DNA of 64,000 bases from Amoeboaphelidium protococcarum X5 (GCA_023515725.1 JALDTO010000192.1:635437-699436), one strand, 5' to 3'. Positions 43,453-58,772 are shown, counted from the first letter of the stretch. The notes: generated by a model not told the origin, from the sequence alone. Numbers and translations: made by a program.

Positions 43453-44534
43453 ATTTTATCTGACGCAATCTTGTAATTACTAATTTATCAGTTAGACTAC
43501 GAAATAAGGTAAGTAAGGTGTTTATATTGATAAGGCGACTCTCCGTGCTTTGAATCTTCCCCCTGGCCAGGACTGACTGAATCATCAAAACGTTGCGACC
43601 AAATTGAACAAAAGCGGTCTGGACTGTGGGTGTTGTGGCGCCATAGACTCAATCCAAAGAACATGAAATAATATACTAAGATGGTAAAGAACATGCTATA
43701 TATTAAAAAGTCATTATTTCGTAGATTCCAAAAGACTTTGATAGTATTTCAGCTTGGTATTTAGTATAAAGATAGTCTATGACTCTTGCCGCGAGACTCG
43801 GTCCTATGAGAGGAGTGTAGCAAACTTGGATTAGAGTTGATCAATCAGCCCTTGCTAATCTTGTTTTATTTATTAAACTAATTCTCGGTTGGCTCCCTAT
43901 TCTTCCAATTCCTCCCGATATTCCATCATTTAGATTAAGAATTCATTCATATCCGGAAAGTTCAATTATGACTGAGACTCTTCCTCACTATCTCCATCGT
44001 GATCGACTAAATGTAGTATCCGCAGTAGATATTAAGAACGCTTGAGTGGATCTTACAAAACTTTATACGCAGTATTAACATACGCAGACCACTATCTGGC
44101 GTATTCATCTTGCTACTGATTGCCAATCTTGGCATATGTATCTGGATGACACTTTTATTACAATCTATAATACTGTTAGCGAATGGATTTTAAATCTATA
44201 TCAAAAGTAATAGCAGGTATCTAGAATAACTAAAAATATGAATTCTAATACGCGTCCTTTATCTTATATGACGGAACTTGTTAAGGGATACTCTGCAATG
44301 CCTGACACTAATAACACGATACCATCAACATACAGTCTCTGTTGATCTCTAATCTCGTACCGCAGTTCCAACATGCCTTTAATCTGACTGTATTTATCAA
44401 TCTAGTTGGTATTTATGACTTGCGAATATTCTTTCTCCAACCAACCAACATCATTAACCAAGCGCGTGTCTGTCCCTCTTGATCCTTTTTAAAATAAGAA
44501 TTCTCTGAAAAAGACAAATCATTAAAGGAGAAAT

Positions 44535-45302
44535 ATGGCGGATGAGCATAGTTCAGAGATTGTCAATAGCGAGTTGGAGTAAGAATTAAAAGATCTAAAA
44601 GAATAATTGAGTGAAATTGAGGTGGAACTATAAACATAGCCCGATGATGAGGAATTGCTGGCTTTGAAGAAGGAGTTACGCGACCTGATAGAGACTGCTC
44701 AGTCATAACTGTAGTCATAGAGTCAGGATAAAGCTCAGGCAATTCCCGAGATTTCTTAATTTTCTATTGGCGAGCTGGTGAAAGCCAAGTATTCGCAGGA
44801 TGGCAAGTATTATGATGCACGTGTTGATGCGTCAAAGGGCGATGATCAGTATCTGGTCACTTACACTCAATATGGCAACACGGAGTTTGTGAATAAGCGC
44901 GATCTGAAGAAATTGCCCACCGCTGATGATAAAACGGAAGATGACAAGAAGAGGAATAATAATAACACTGACTAGAAATTACCAAAGAAAAATGCAAATA
45001 AGCCTCCGACAAATCATGGAGTACAGTCGTAACAATAACAGTAGCCACCGGTGCGTAAGCGAAAGAAGGCCACGTTTGAAGAGCGAATGGAGAAACGCGA
45101 GAAAGAAGCGGCCGAGAAACAGAATGCTTGGCTCAGTTTCGCGGCTAAAGCTCCTGCCAGGCCCAGTGCTACGGGACGATCTGTTTCATCAACGCAGAAA
45201 GCATTGGCAAGACCTGTGGCGTAGTCTTCATCTCACAGGCCTCCACCTCAAGCTGGTCCTAGTGCTAATCCAATCAAAGGATATCATCCCTATAGAAAGT
45301 AA
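44535..45302 (+). CDS. SMNDC1: Splicing factor SPF30/SMNDC1 (Tudor domain); 3' end ambiguous (TAA 45300-45302 or TGA 45462-45464)
   Basis: QLSEIEVELQTQPDDEELLALKKELRDLI, Tudor FSIGELVKAKYSQDGKYYDARV...YTQYGNTE, KQNAWLSF. Confidence 0.82.
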
Positions 45303-45357
45303 ACGCTGTAAATCAAATAAATTTAAGTTTCATTCACTGAGTATGCACTATGTATTT

Positions 45358-45735
45358 TCACTATTAATTAGACTTTTACGCAGCCTCCTTCAACATTGTC
45401 ACCAACTAACCTTTTCTGTTCAGAGCCACAATATCATCACAGCCACCGACATGCTTTGAATTGATGAATATGTTTGGCACAGTTCTTTGACCAGTCATAG
45501 CTTTCAATTGGTCCTGAATCTGCTGGCCGGTAGCCTGAAAATCATTGTTGACATCATTCATCTCATCCAGTTCATAGACGCGATAACCAGCAATCAACTT
45601 GGTGTCACCCACCTCATTCTTGATCACTTGCTCAAGCAGATTCTTTGCGTTTCTGCAGTATGGGCAATAAGTCTTACTAAACACCAACACTGCGTATTTG
45701 TTAACAGCCTACTGGATTTTCTGTTGCAAACTCAT
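45358..45735 (-). CDS. Dithiol glutaredoxin
   Basis: VFSKTYCPYC, TGQRTVPNIFI, HVGGCDD; ATG 45735, TGA 45360-45358. Confidence 0.95.
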
Positions 45736-46174
45736 AATTAATTATCACTTATATTAAATGCTTTGATAGTTATAAAAGGGAGAATGAAAAGAGATGAGTA
45801 TAAGATTTTTTTCCAGATTCACATCGGTAATGATGCATCAATGATTACCAATCAACGTGACGTCACTTTTTTTGAACCATAATGGGAATACAAGGCAATG
45901 TTCTAGACGCGGTATTAGAATGATTAAAGAATAACAATAAGAACTTTATGCGAGTTCTTAATGGCGTTGGAATAATCACAGTCAGAGATCTACCTCGAAA
46001 ACTACAAGCACGCGTGTCGGGATCTTCATCGATAAAAATTGCTCAAAATCTCTGCGCGCGTTGTTTCCTTTGAATTCCACCGCGTCGAATCCCTACCGCT
46101 GGTCCAGCCTGAATTTCTATAGCTGTGCATATATATTACGGTGCTGATAGTCTTATAAATATATCAAGTCAGCT

Positions 46175-47140
<966 letters not shown>

Positions 47141-47218
47141 TCAGAGTACTTTAAACTTAATTTAATCACTTAAATGAAATAGAACTGACTTTTTTATACA
47201 GTATTGTACCACATGTTA

Positions 47219-49666
47219 TCATTGTTCACTTTTCAATTGCTCTATGACTTATTGTGCGATATTACTATCGCCCTTGTTCAGCTCTGCTTCAAGTCGTTTC
47301 AATTGACTGCCAAATTGGTTACTCTATGAGGCATCACTTTGATCAACACACTGTACTCTATACGCACCTTGTCCGAGTGATCTACCGCGTGATTCCCAAG
47401 TGATTCTAATCTAACGTTCATCACTAAGTTGTATAAGAGCACAATTATCGTCTTACGCGGCCGTTACTAACTTGTGAAGCAGAGTGAGACACATTATACG
47501 CACTGATTATACAAAAGAGGCAGTGGCCTCGCGCAGACAATCTTCTCTCACAATGAGTGAATGCAGCGTATTAACATGATACTACACTTATTCGGCCTAC
47601 AGCGTATACACGAATAGAAATTTAATCTAACTCTCAGTTATAAATATGAGAATACGCCGCTGAGTCACATTCATTCCAGATTAGAGCGGAGATTAAACGA
47701 ACAGGTACCGCGACAAATACCCAGAGCAATACAGATAAATAACGTGTTTACATCCAAGATTGTCTTTTATTCTTTAAATTAACGGATCTTTACCCAAATC
47801 GTCTATGTCTCTGCTTTGCACCATTAGTCGCCCATTGGGAGACACTAAATCTCGTTCTAACTGGTATTATAACTGAGCCTGAGCAAACTGAATCGCTATT
47901 TTACTAATTATAGTAGACAATTACTACTCCAACTGTTAACCATCCACCAAACCATCCAGATTGAGTGTAAACTCTTTGAAATCAAATGGAATATCAATTG
48001 AAGAGTGCGCAGATATCTCAATCAACTCTTATCCAGATTCATCTGATGCATTCACAGTCAGAGCTATTGTAGGATAAAGCTACTGTATATTCATAAAATA
48101 CAATTCAAACACTCCAACCCGCGGACTTTATATGAGTCTAAACGTGTTATGGTCCAATTCATCTCCTAAAAATCCATTAACAGACGCGGAAGAAGACAGC
48201 ATTAAATCACCCAAGAGAACATCTGAATATTACACGGCTTTAAACCCGAGCACCTTCATTGTTCCTCTAAGTAGGTGTAATTGACAGATTTTATCATAAC
48301 ACTTTAACAACCACTTGACTTGAGAGAAATTACTACCTGAATTAATTGAGGCGGTTATCAAACTGAGCTAATCAAAGAAATGCCTTTTAACATCAGCATC
48401 CACAGTTGAGACAGAGAACTTGCCATCTTAAACTCTAATCTTGATATTCAAAGGCCAATAAACAGATTCCACCTAAAACTACATCTTGTCTGCACCATCT
48501 TTAATATCGCAACCCTGTGAGATTAGATGCATTTAAAGACGATCCAATTTCATCAGAGCTTTTTACTGGAGCAGCTGCGCAAGAACTTGTTCCAAAGTAT
48601 CAGGAGGCAAGTTGAACGTGTGAATAACTTTGTAATCCCTATCACAGAGCACTATTTACCGCCCACAAAGAGATGGTAAGGTCGCAGGCTGATCAGTATT
48701 AAGCAGTAACGCATTCGATTGTATTCGCAAGTGCAACATGTTATTCTAATCATCATTCCAATATGAAAACATTATTGACTGTACAGGGTCCGCCATATTC
48801 GCAACATCATCATCCTCAACATTAATCGAGTCGATGCCATACAGCTATTCATATTCGCTACTATGTATGAGCCATGATATACACTTCTCCAGCATGAACT
48901 CATGAGATAATCTATCCAAATGCTCATAGAGAACGGCAATAGTGGAATCTGCACGATCAGATTAAAACTCTTTGATCGCGATACCATGCAAGTAATCAGC
49001 ACACATCTGACTCTACTGGGGGGATAATTCAACCATGAGAAATTCCACTCGCAGCACTATCCAATAGTATTACCTGGCTGCAATATCATAAGACAACGAA
49101 AGATAGACCTTATACCACTAAGGTTTTTCCAAAGATAGTATGCCATAATCAACAGAGAATCGAAGACCGGCAGTGGACGGTAATAAGAGCGATTCAATTG
49201 ACAATTAATCTTTAATCTTGCGGTCCAAAATGTCATAAATATCTTTATATTATTTTGCGCTCAATTCAAATTGTAATAGAGATAGCGATTGAGAATAATA
49301 ATGAGCAATAGAGGATGATGCAGTTACCAACTTCAGAGCTTGATCAATAGAACTTGACGGCGTGAGGTGATCTGATCGTCGACTTTAAAACAAGTCATCT
49401 GCACACTATAATACTTTAAAAACTTTATCAGATTCCAACTTGAATAGATCGCGCATATCAACATATTCATTACCCAGCTGAGCGTACACAGTGTTAACAT
49501 ACTTGATGAGAGCATACATCTTTTTCAGGGTGTTACTGTGTCGCTGCATCTCAAGGCAAAGAGCATCTCGTCCAGAACTACCACCAATACCACTGAGAGA
49601 GGTACATAGCTACGCGGTAAGCTTTTTAACCAAATCTCCAAGATTAATATTAGGCGGTCGTTCCAT
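47219..49666 (-). CDS. ~815-aa protein, probably a divergent Mediator subunit Med14/Rgr1
   Basis: Long table-6 ORF. N-terminal pattern INLGDLVKKLTAQL...KKMYALIKY...PSSSIDQALKLVT...FSVDYGILSL...WIVLRVEFL...LYEHLDRL resembles the Med14 domain; recognised by eye only. Confidence 0.5.
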
Positions 49667-49924
49667 ATACTGTATAAAGAGAGTCAAGCGAAGTTTTCCA
49701 GAAAATCTATCTATCGTAAAAAGTCAATATTACCAGAGGCGATCGAATAGCTGCAGATGAAGCAAAAATAAAAGTACTTTCCACAGCGGAATGGGAGAGA
49801 GGAAGAGAGTAAAGGATAAAGAACGAAGAGAGCGCGCCTTATACTGTAGCTCCATAATTATTCCGTGCAAATCCGAAACAAATCAAAGCACACAAGACCA
49901 GAATAGAAACTAGATAGATTAAAG

Positions 49925-50422
49925 ATGAGAACTGTACCTGCTGGACCTGTTTAGAGACTTAATACCGAGAATGTGAGAGATGTCAAGATTGCGATTGTTC
50001 ATGCTGAATGGCACCTGCCGTACATTAAGCAACTTGTGGATGGGATCAAGTTAGTGTTGGATGATCATCAAATGACGCGTTATCAATTATTTTCTGTGCC
50101 GGGAAGTTATGAACTGCCTTTGGAGTGTCAACGCGTACTCCAAGACTTGGACTTTGACATCGCGATCGCTGTCGGTATACTGATCAAGGGCGGTACTATG
50201 CATTTTGAGTACATTGCCAGTGCGGTGAGTCAAGGTCTGATGGATGTGCAGTTGAGATTGAACAAACCCGTGGTGTTTGGCGTGCTGACGTGTCTCAATG
50301 AAGATCAAGTCAAGGAGCGATGTGGACTATAAAGCCCAACCGGTTCTGCATAGCCACTAAACCATGGCCTGGACTGGGGCAGAGATGCAATTAGATTGAT
50401 ACTACAAAGATACAATGACTGA
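49925..50422 (+). CDS. RIB4: 6,7-dimethyl-8-ribityllumazine synthase
   Basis: IAIVHAEWH, VPGSYELP, GILIKGGTMHFEYI, PVVFGVLTC, NHGLDWG. Confidence 0.95.
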
Positions 50423-50482
50423 CTGATTGAAATAAATCAATAATTAAAATGATTTTATATCCAAGTAGCATCTTTGCACTTA

Positions 50483-52993
50483 TCAACGGCGTCGTTTACC
50501 ACTCTGCTTGGACTGCTTGGAAGGGCGGGCATTCTTCTCACGGCGCTTCTCCTTCAACTTGCGCTCCCTCACAATCGCGTCTTTACTCTTCAACTCATCC
50601 TTGATGGTACGTGGCTGCTTACCTTGTGATTTTAGTTTCTTCAACTTTCGCTCATAGTCAACACTCTTGGGATCGAGAGGTTTCGGCGCTGTCTGTTTAT
50701 TGTGTCTAAAGCGTCCACCTTTTCCATTTCGCATTACCCGGCCATTGTGTGTGAGTTGCTCAATAAACTGGCTATCTTCTTTCCCACTAAAAGACACCTT
50801 GTTCTTGTTCTGCCACTACTCAAAAGCCTTAGTCTTGTAGGAGGCGCGGATCAGTGCACCACTCTCGGACTTCATGTACTTTTTATTGTCAGATCCAATC
50901 TGTCCCTGCTTGACAAATTTCTTCTGCTTTTTATCCCAGACTAGTTTACTCTTATGGCCTTGAGATTTGAGACCGGATTCATCATCTGCAACAATATCCA
51001 GTGCTGCTGTACTAGCCATCTTGTTGAATGGAGAATTTAGATCATTGACAGCATAGCCGCGTTCATCTGAGGCATCTTATCTAGCATACGGAATATAATA
51101 CTCTTGGTCCTTAAAGTCTTCTGGCGCAGCTTTACGCTTTCTATTCTGCTAACCAGAAGTCATGTCAAATACTTGAGACAGCTCTACATCATCCATTTAA
51201 CTATTATCACCGCTGGAGTGGTCATGGTCAATGATATTCTACTTGATACTGCTCATCTGGGCATTATTCTAGATTTTCTCTCGCTTCTTGGCAATAGCAG
51301 GAGATAATAAAGCGCGCCTATTCTTCATCATGTCAGCTGCATTATCAGGCTCTTTATGGTGTTTGTTCAGGCCCATCTTTCTGATTTCAAAGATCGTCTC
51401 TTGCGGTCTGAAGTTGCGCAACTGCTCCATCAAATTCACACTCTGCAGCTGGTTGGCATTCATATACTGACGAAGGAATGGGTGTACACCACACTTGACA
51501 GAGTCCAAAGGAGCGTACTCCATGATCTACCTAGCCTATATATGAGATTCCTTAGATGCCTAAGAGCGAGTATTCTTGTACAGTTTATATCCATTCTAGC
51601 TAGACTTTTTCAAGGCTGATAACTGATCCTGGGTAATTAGAGCACTATCAACACTCTCCATCAACTCTTGCATAAGAAGTTGAGGGAACGAAGCGTAAAT
51701 CACCTCATTTCTATAATCAACCATCTTGGATTCCACATTATCCGCTATATCACTTCCCAATCTCCATGTCTTGCCCAGAAATAACTTTAAATCTATCAAA
51801 TGAGCCAAATCATCATTAGTGATCAGTGCAAATGATCGTCCACTTCTACCAGCTCTGGCAACTCTACCAGATCTATGAATAAACAGCTTTGGTTTATCAC
51901 AAAAATCATAATGAATAACATTGTTCAAAAAAGGAATATCTATACCACGAGCAGCCAAGTCGGTAACAATTAGAAATCTAGTCTAGCCAGATCTGAACTT
52001 GCTAATATTGATAGACCTCGCCACCTGGTCCATGGAGCCGTATACATAAGACGATTCCAACTAGAGAAACGACGACAACAACTCCCTCAAATACTCGACA
52101 TGATGCTTTGTAGATGCAAAGATGATAGTCTGCTCATTGTCAGTATTAATTACATGCTTCACCAAGTAGAGCAGAGCCGCGTCCTTATTCGCCTACTTCA
52201 CACCAAAGAACATCATATCCAAATCTGGCGATATCTTTGATTCCGAATCCAAGCGTATCAACACTGGAGATTAAAGACCAGCCTTTGCAAATTCAACCAA
52301 AGATTTAGGTAAAGTGGCAGAGAATAAACACGTCTACCTGTTGGGAGACAATTTGTGCATAATCTCGCGCATCTAATCTTCAAATCCCTATTCAAAAAGA
52401 CGATCAGCTTCATCAAACACCAGATACTAAACTGTAGACAGAAAGTCAACGTTAGACATCTCCACCATCAGATGCACCAAACGACCCGGGGTGGCACATA
52501 TAACATCCGGATTAGTCGCTATCATGGCAAATTGATCATCCAGCGAATCGCCACCCACGATATTCACCACACGCAAATCAGTAAACTTGGCAATATCACG
52601 CGTAAATGAGGCCGTCTATAGAGACAGTTCTCTTGATGGACTTAGAATGAGGGCGCGAGCTCCGATCTTCACATTATGACTCTTCAACTTCTCCAGCATT
52701 GGAATTACGAACGCGGCACTTTTACCGGATCCAGTTCTAGACATCGCCACCACATCACGCCCAAACTTTCCCTCAGCAGATGATCCCAGAATGACGGGAA
52801 TACACTTTCGCTGAATGGGAGTAGGCACTTTATATCCCTTCTTCATGATACCTTAGAATATGGCATGAGATAGACCCATGGACTGGAAGCCACCAGATTT
52901 CTTCTTCTTTCTATTCGCAATCAATGAATACTCTTCAATAGCTTACGCATCGCTCAGTTCATCATCAGACGCAGAATCATTATAATCAGACAT
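50483..52993 (-). CDS. DBP10: DEAD-box RNA helicase Dbp10/DDX54
   Basis: [65 protein letters not shown]. Confidence 0.96.
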
Positions 52994-53213
52994 TTTAATA
53001 TAGATAGCACAAGGTAATTAAGTGCTTATATAGTTCTATAAATGACTGGCTGATATACTTTGACTGATTTTCACTATTAAGTAAGACAAAGCGAATCAGA
53101 GCAGAGCGAACTGAATTAGGCGCGATCTTTTACTATTTGGCTTTTCTTATCCTGGGAATACATTGATCGCTGCAAGCTCTTTCTATTTTTAATAAGAATA
53201 CTGATAATCTACA

Positions 53214-54093
53214 ATGTTGAAACAGGCAATGTAATTAGATGAAGATTTGGCTAATTTTGAGCGGTAGTTGGCTCTGAGTTCAATAATAGCTCAGCAAAAG
53301 TTGGATTCGAGATTTACAGAATTGCGCGAACGGTTAGAACGATTTAACCAAGACTTGGAAGTAACGTGATTTCTATTGAGTACCTAATCTATTACTGCTT
53401 TTATTCTGTTGCATTATATGTAGGCGCTTCGATTAAGGGGAAAGTTCATAGGGAGTGACACGAATATTAAAGCTGGCGATGACATGCAAGAGTGTGATTA
53501 GTACAGAAACATGTAAGAGCTTCTCAGCCTTTGTGCAATCAATGTCCATAGACCGCGTTACTGATGTAGTCTAATCACAAGATTTCGGAAGATTACCAAT
53601 GCATATAAAGCTCACGTGAAGAAGTAGGATGCCGAGTAAAGGCGACAGTTGTTGGGTGATTAGAGAGAATCCAAGGTATCATCTGCTGCAGCGGCTAATA
53701 ATGATCGCAATCAATCAACCGTCCAGAGAAGTGTTAACGATGCTCTGAAGCGGGCAAGTTAGCTAATGAGTGCAGAGATTGAGCGAAGTGCAGAATCTCT
53801 TAAATCTTTAGGTAAATGATTAATGCTAATTATAATGTATTCATCAAAATGTAAACTCAATCATATCCATCACCGTGTATGTAGAAAGCTCATCAAAGTT
53901 GTTAAATGATACTGGAAATGTGTACGGCGAGGAGCTCTAACACGCGCTTGGTAAAACTGATGAGGCTCTAACAAAATTGGCGCAACGGGAATTCACAGAC
54001 AAAGTTCTCATCATTCTGGCTGTCTCAGTATTCATGGCTGTGGTTGCATACATTGTAAAAGAGCGTCTTTCATCTTCAAGTTCTAGATTGTGA
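53214..54093 (+). CDS. SEC20: ER SNARE Sec20/BNIP1; introns 53361-53423, 53513-53569, 53812-53884
   Basis: VNDALKRASQLMSAEIERSAESLKSLESSSKLL...LAQREFTDKVLIILAVSVFMAVVAYIVKERL; three GT-AG introns restore the frame. Confidence 0.85.
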
Positions 54094-54156
54094 ATATTAT
54101 TAGGCATGAGTAAGAAAAATGGTTAATTCATACAGACCCATATGTTGATTAGTTCT

Positions 54157-56526
54157 TCATTACTATCTCAATTTCGATGCCAGTAGCATACCAAGAGATA
54201 CTGCGCCAACTATGACTCCAGTTGCACCAACATAAAATCCCATTTGACTATTCTTATTGTTGGCTTACAACAAATTCCTTTGATGTTGACCACCCATTGC
54301 ACTTGCTTTCAATGATAACAAGTCAGCGACATCATCTTCGTCGTCGCTATGGTTATAAATAAGACTCTTACTTCTCGAAGACTGCGCGCCTGTATCGTCA
54401 TAATTGGTCACGATCTTTATTTCCTTAGTGCTGAGATTCTCTATCAAGATAGACAGACCGACAGTGAGTCTAGTCCAATTCAGTCTCTGCGCAGTAAGAC
54501 ACGCGCTTTGCAAATCCTCTTGGCTCTTTAAGCGAATAAAATCATCCTCATCGTCCTTATACAGAATTGACATGTGATAAACCAAATTATTACTGCTCTT
54601 CGTCGTTGATACATTCTAGGGCACTACTTTCCATCCCTCATACACTTCAGTTTCCTTATTACCAGCCTACTTCTTCATACTCTAATACTCTTGATCTGTG
54701 ATAAGCTGACAATTTATAACTTGGCAAATCTTCTCCACTAGCAACAAAAGACAATCTTCCTAATTCTTATAATCTGCATCACTATCTACGCCAGACAAAA
54801 TATATCTGGATGTAAACTTGTGGACATGTCTAGCTTTAGAAAGAGGATCCTTCACCTTGAAGACAAAACTGTCAACTTACTGATTAACAGGCACAACTGT
54901 ACTCTAAGAACCAGTCAATGAAGGATTAACTCTTTCAAGTACAACTTCTTCGGAAGCAGTGGATCTGGTGACTGATGAACTATTATAATTTTATTGGCCG
55001 CTATGTAATTGCTAATGAGCCGCCTCCATCTCCTCAGCGGTGGACTCCCAAAACTTGGACCACATTGGACCAGGCGCATCTTCGTCTGCAATACGGTTCT
55101 CTTGATTCGCATCATCACCACCAACACCACCTGCGGCATCATCAACACTATTAGAACTCTGCAAATAGATACGTGGACTAGGACGAGCAGCCTATTACTC
55201 AATCAATCCTTCAATCACACGATATCCGAGGCCGAGAATATCTACTAGACCAGCAATTTCGCTCATATAAACAACAGTTGCATCAGCCTTTGTCTTTCCA
55301 GGCGAGAATTTAACAACAGGCAAGTGCAAATACCTTCCGCGATACATTTTATCCAGTGCATCGTTCACCTTCATATCAACAGTTGCAAAGTCTGGCTATG
55401 GAGTCATGACGCGGATGACCGAGGTGGTACTAGGATCCATAGTACCGGTGGCTAAGACTCTAAGCACAATATCTTTAGTCGTGAATATGCCCTGCATCAC
55501 CTACTCAGGACTCACAGAGTAAATCAACACAGCCGTCTATCGGTATCGTCTCATAACTTCTGCAGCCTCACGAACGCTAGTCTTAACATTAACGCAAGGG
55601 ACGCGGTATCTATCAGCCGTATTACTAGTGCTAGGATTACTTTTCACATCAATGCTCACATCCACCACTGATTTATGATCTCTGAAGGTACCGACAACAT
55701 CAGCCAGATCCGGCTCAATCATACGATCCTTCATCTCCTTGAACCAGTTCTCAATAGTCTAATCAGCCTGAAAATTGTACCAACTCTTCTAGAATGCCTC
55801 AAAAGCACTGAGCAATCTAGTCACAGTACCCCAAGAATTGTTAATCTTACTCTGAATATGCTGCAGAATCTTGGCAATATCCAGCAGGCCAACAATCTTG
55901 TGACTCTACTCTCCACCATCACCCTCGCCGGCACCGCCTCCCTTCCTCAGCACAGGTAAATGTCTAAAATGACCTTCAAACATCAAGTTCATCGCATAAT
56001 CAACATTGGCATCCTCATCCACAAACACTGGATTCTTGGTCATGATGTCTCCAATCTTGGTCTGCTGTGGATCTAGACCTTCGGCAACTAGTCTAAAAGC
56101 AATATCCTTGTCAGTGACTATGCCGCACAATTCATGGCTATTCCCAACCTTCTGAGTGACCAGAACGGCATCAATATGATGACCAGCCATTGCCCGACAC
56201 ACGTCACGGACACTTGTTGCATCATTTACAATCACGGGACTGGATGGCATCATCTAAGCGACAGTACCCGGCTTTGCAGATGCAAGAGGAGTAGTGTTAC
56301 TGGATGAACTTCTACCCGCACCAATCTATTACTAGGAAGACTAACGACCATACTTGGATGGAGTCGTGGTCGTGATCACTGGAGAGGATGGTGCATACTT
56401 TTTCCTAATCTACTAGTCTCTATTCCTACTACGCAACTTTAACTTACTCTATTACTAAGCACCATCTTACTCAGGAGATAGAGGCTATTGAGAAGAAGAC
56501 GACTACTATTACAAATTACTATCCAT
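54157..56526 (-). CDS. CBS-pair + PB1 domain protein with C-terminal TM (Mug70/CBSCBSPB-like)
   Basis: GIVTDKDIAFRLVA, IMTKNP, GHFRHLPV, GIFTTKDIVLRV, RVMTP, PB1 acidic ILYKDDEDDFIRL, TM GVIVGAVSLGMLL. Confidence 0.9.
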
Positions 56527-56919
56527 ACGAGCAGACAACATGAGTGTTTTGTACTCCTACTCGGCACTCTGTAACAACAACAGTGATTTCTATAAGGAAA
56601 GAGCAATGCGAAAGGAAAAAGAAAGAGTGAAGAGCCGAAACCACACAGGAAGAGCGACGAGAGAGCGAGACGAGTCGAGTCGAAACAGCAACTCAAACGA
56701 TCAACGAAGGACAACGATGATCTTTGAACAATCTCGATAGAAAGCTTCAAGTGTGAAGCGCGAGGAACAATATCAGTTTAAGATTAGAAGAGCTGCGATG
56801 TTTATTGATTTAAACGAATGTCTTTGAAGAAGAATTTAATGTTAATATAAGGCAACTGCGATATAGTATAGTAGAGCAAACAAAAACTGCAGTAAAAGCA
56901 AAAATTTCAATAGAGAATG

Positions 56920-58314
56920 TCAAAGTTTATTTTCCAATTTCAAGTACTGAGTCCATCTGAGTTGCGCGTAATTTTAGTAATCAAAGTCAATATCAGAGAG
57001 TTGAGACTGGACAAGCGCCCACACACACCAATAGAGATGAGAGACGCGCTGGTAATGGTCCACCTGTTCCATCAACTAAATCACATCTTGATCAGATATC
57101 GATGCTGCCGGTTAGTCTTGAAATGTCGCCAAATACTCTCTAAGCCATTCCTACTAAAATTAAGCTGATGGGTAAAGAGAGTAATCACACTTGAATCCGG
57201 CAAACTCATTAAAGTGATTAGCGATATCAAATGCAGCATATGACCAAGATCCATACTCATAATCGATAAATCTAATTTACTACTAATCAGTCAGAATAAT
57301 GTTAGCGGACAGGAGATCATTATGACAAAATACAACGTTACCACCAAAATTCTTCGATCTCTGCGCATCAATCTCCATTTGCAACTTCTTTATATTAATC
57401 CCGTTAATCTATTCTAGGCACTCGATCTGATCAAACCATTACTCGACAGTATTCCACAAGCAAGGAAGAGGGCCATTCTTATTACAGCCGCTCATCTAAC
57501 TATTAGCAGGAGATAGTGGAATTTACCCATTCCGAGATCTAGGTGAAGGTGATCCATCCAACTTGAAAGCTTCCAGCTCGTGAACATATTCAAATAACTA
57601 ATCTCTAGCCGTAGGTATTGGAACTTTAACTCGCCGGTGCCAGTCACCTAATGCTCTTGCAATTAATCTCCAACACTAAATACCATTATTATGACTCTAA
57701 TCCTAAGAATCTTGAAATAAATCTCGAGTCTTCAACACTTGTCCATGTGTATATCCATAACAGAAGCCATTCAGAAAACGTCCATATAAAGGTGGCGCTA
57801 AATCAATCTTCTCCAAAGTGAACATTGTCATCAATTCCGAATCTCTATCAATCAATGAAGATGTACCTAGGCCGTAAATCCTAATGAGGACAACAAACGG
57901 ATCTTCTTTATCGCAGTCTGAAATAGTGACCTTGAGCAACTTATTTGTAATGCCATCTGTACACAATTCAATATTCACAGTCTCTTCACTGATGTGGTAC
58001 TAGTGACCAAATACTTTGCGTAGAAATTTGAATATCCCCTTGTGTGATTGTGCATCCAAGTCCATCTAAATAAATGGCTTCATATTCAATTCCTATAAAG
58101 CGAGAAAATAGTCAGACTTCTTCATAGAGTATCCATTCTATAACATATCCGAGGCATTGAGAGAGGTGGACCGCTTCAACTATTACATGGACAATGGCGC
58201 AGACGGGAGAAGGACAGGAGACCAAGTCTTGAGAGAGTAATTCTTAAATCGCTTGGGATTAAAATCCTCCGCTGATGGCTATTAATTCTCTATACTATTC
58301 GATCCATGCATCAT
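56920..58314 (-). CDS. Ethanolamine/choline kinase
   Basis: DGITNKL, LIRIYG, IDRDSE, APPLYGRFLNG, VVFCHNDLLSANII, FIDYEY, FDIANHFNEFAG, IDFDY. Confidence 0.93.
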
Positions 58315-58772
58315 TCAAATTATGATATTATCCTCTTTTATAAATCAGCAAGTGAAATTTACTGAAAAAACGATCAGATTGCTGAAAGGGAGGAATGAAA
58401 AGTCACGGAAGCAAAAATGATTGACAACACTCTGCGTGTCACATCGATCAGTGAAGGATCATTCTATATCAATCATCACGTGAATTAATAAATAGCTGCA
58501 TTCAAGAGTTTCAAAGAGAACAGATGTATTTATTTAGAGTCTAGATAGAGTGTGGACTATCGCTGGCTTTATGCATTATCATCATCCTTCAGAATATCAT
58601 TCATTTGTTTTCAAAGCGCGCTCTGGTCAAAGAAACTTCGCGTCGTTGTTTCGTGTCAGAAATTGCTCGCAGTTATCTTTTACCTCTCTTTAGCACTACA
58701 GTACCTATTACAATAAGTCGGTTCATCTCTACCAATAACCTTGAGGCTGTAGTTGGAAGCGTTTTATATAAA

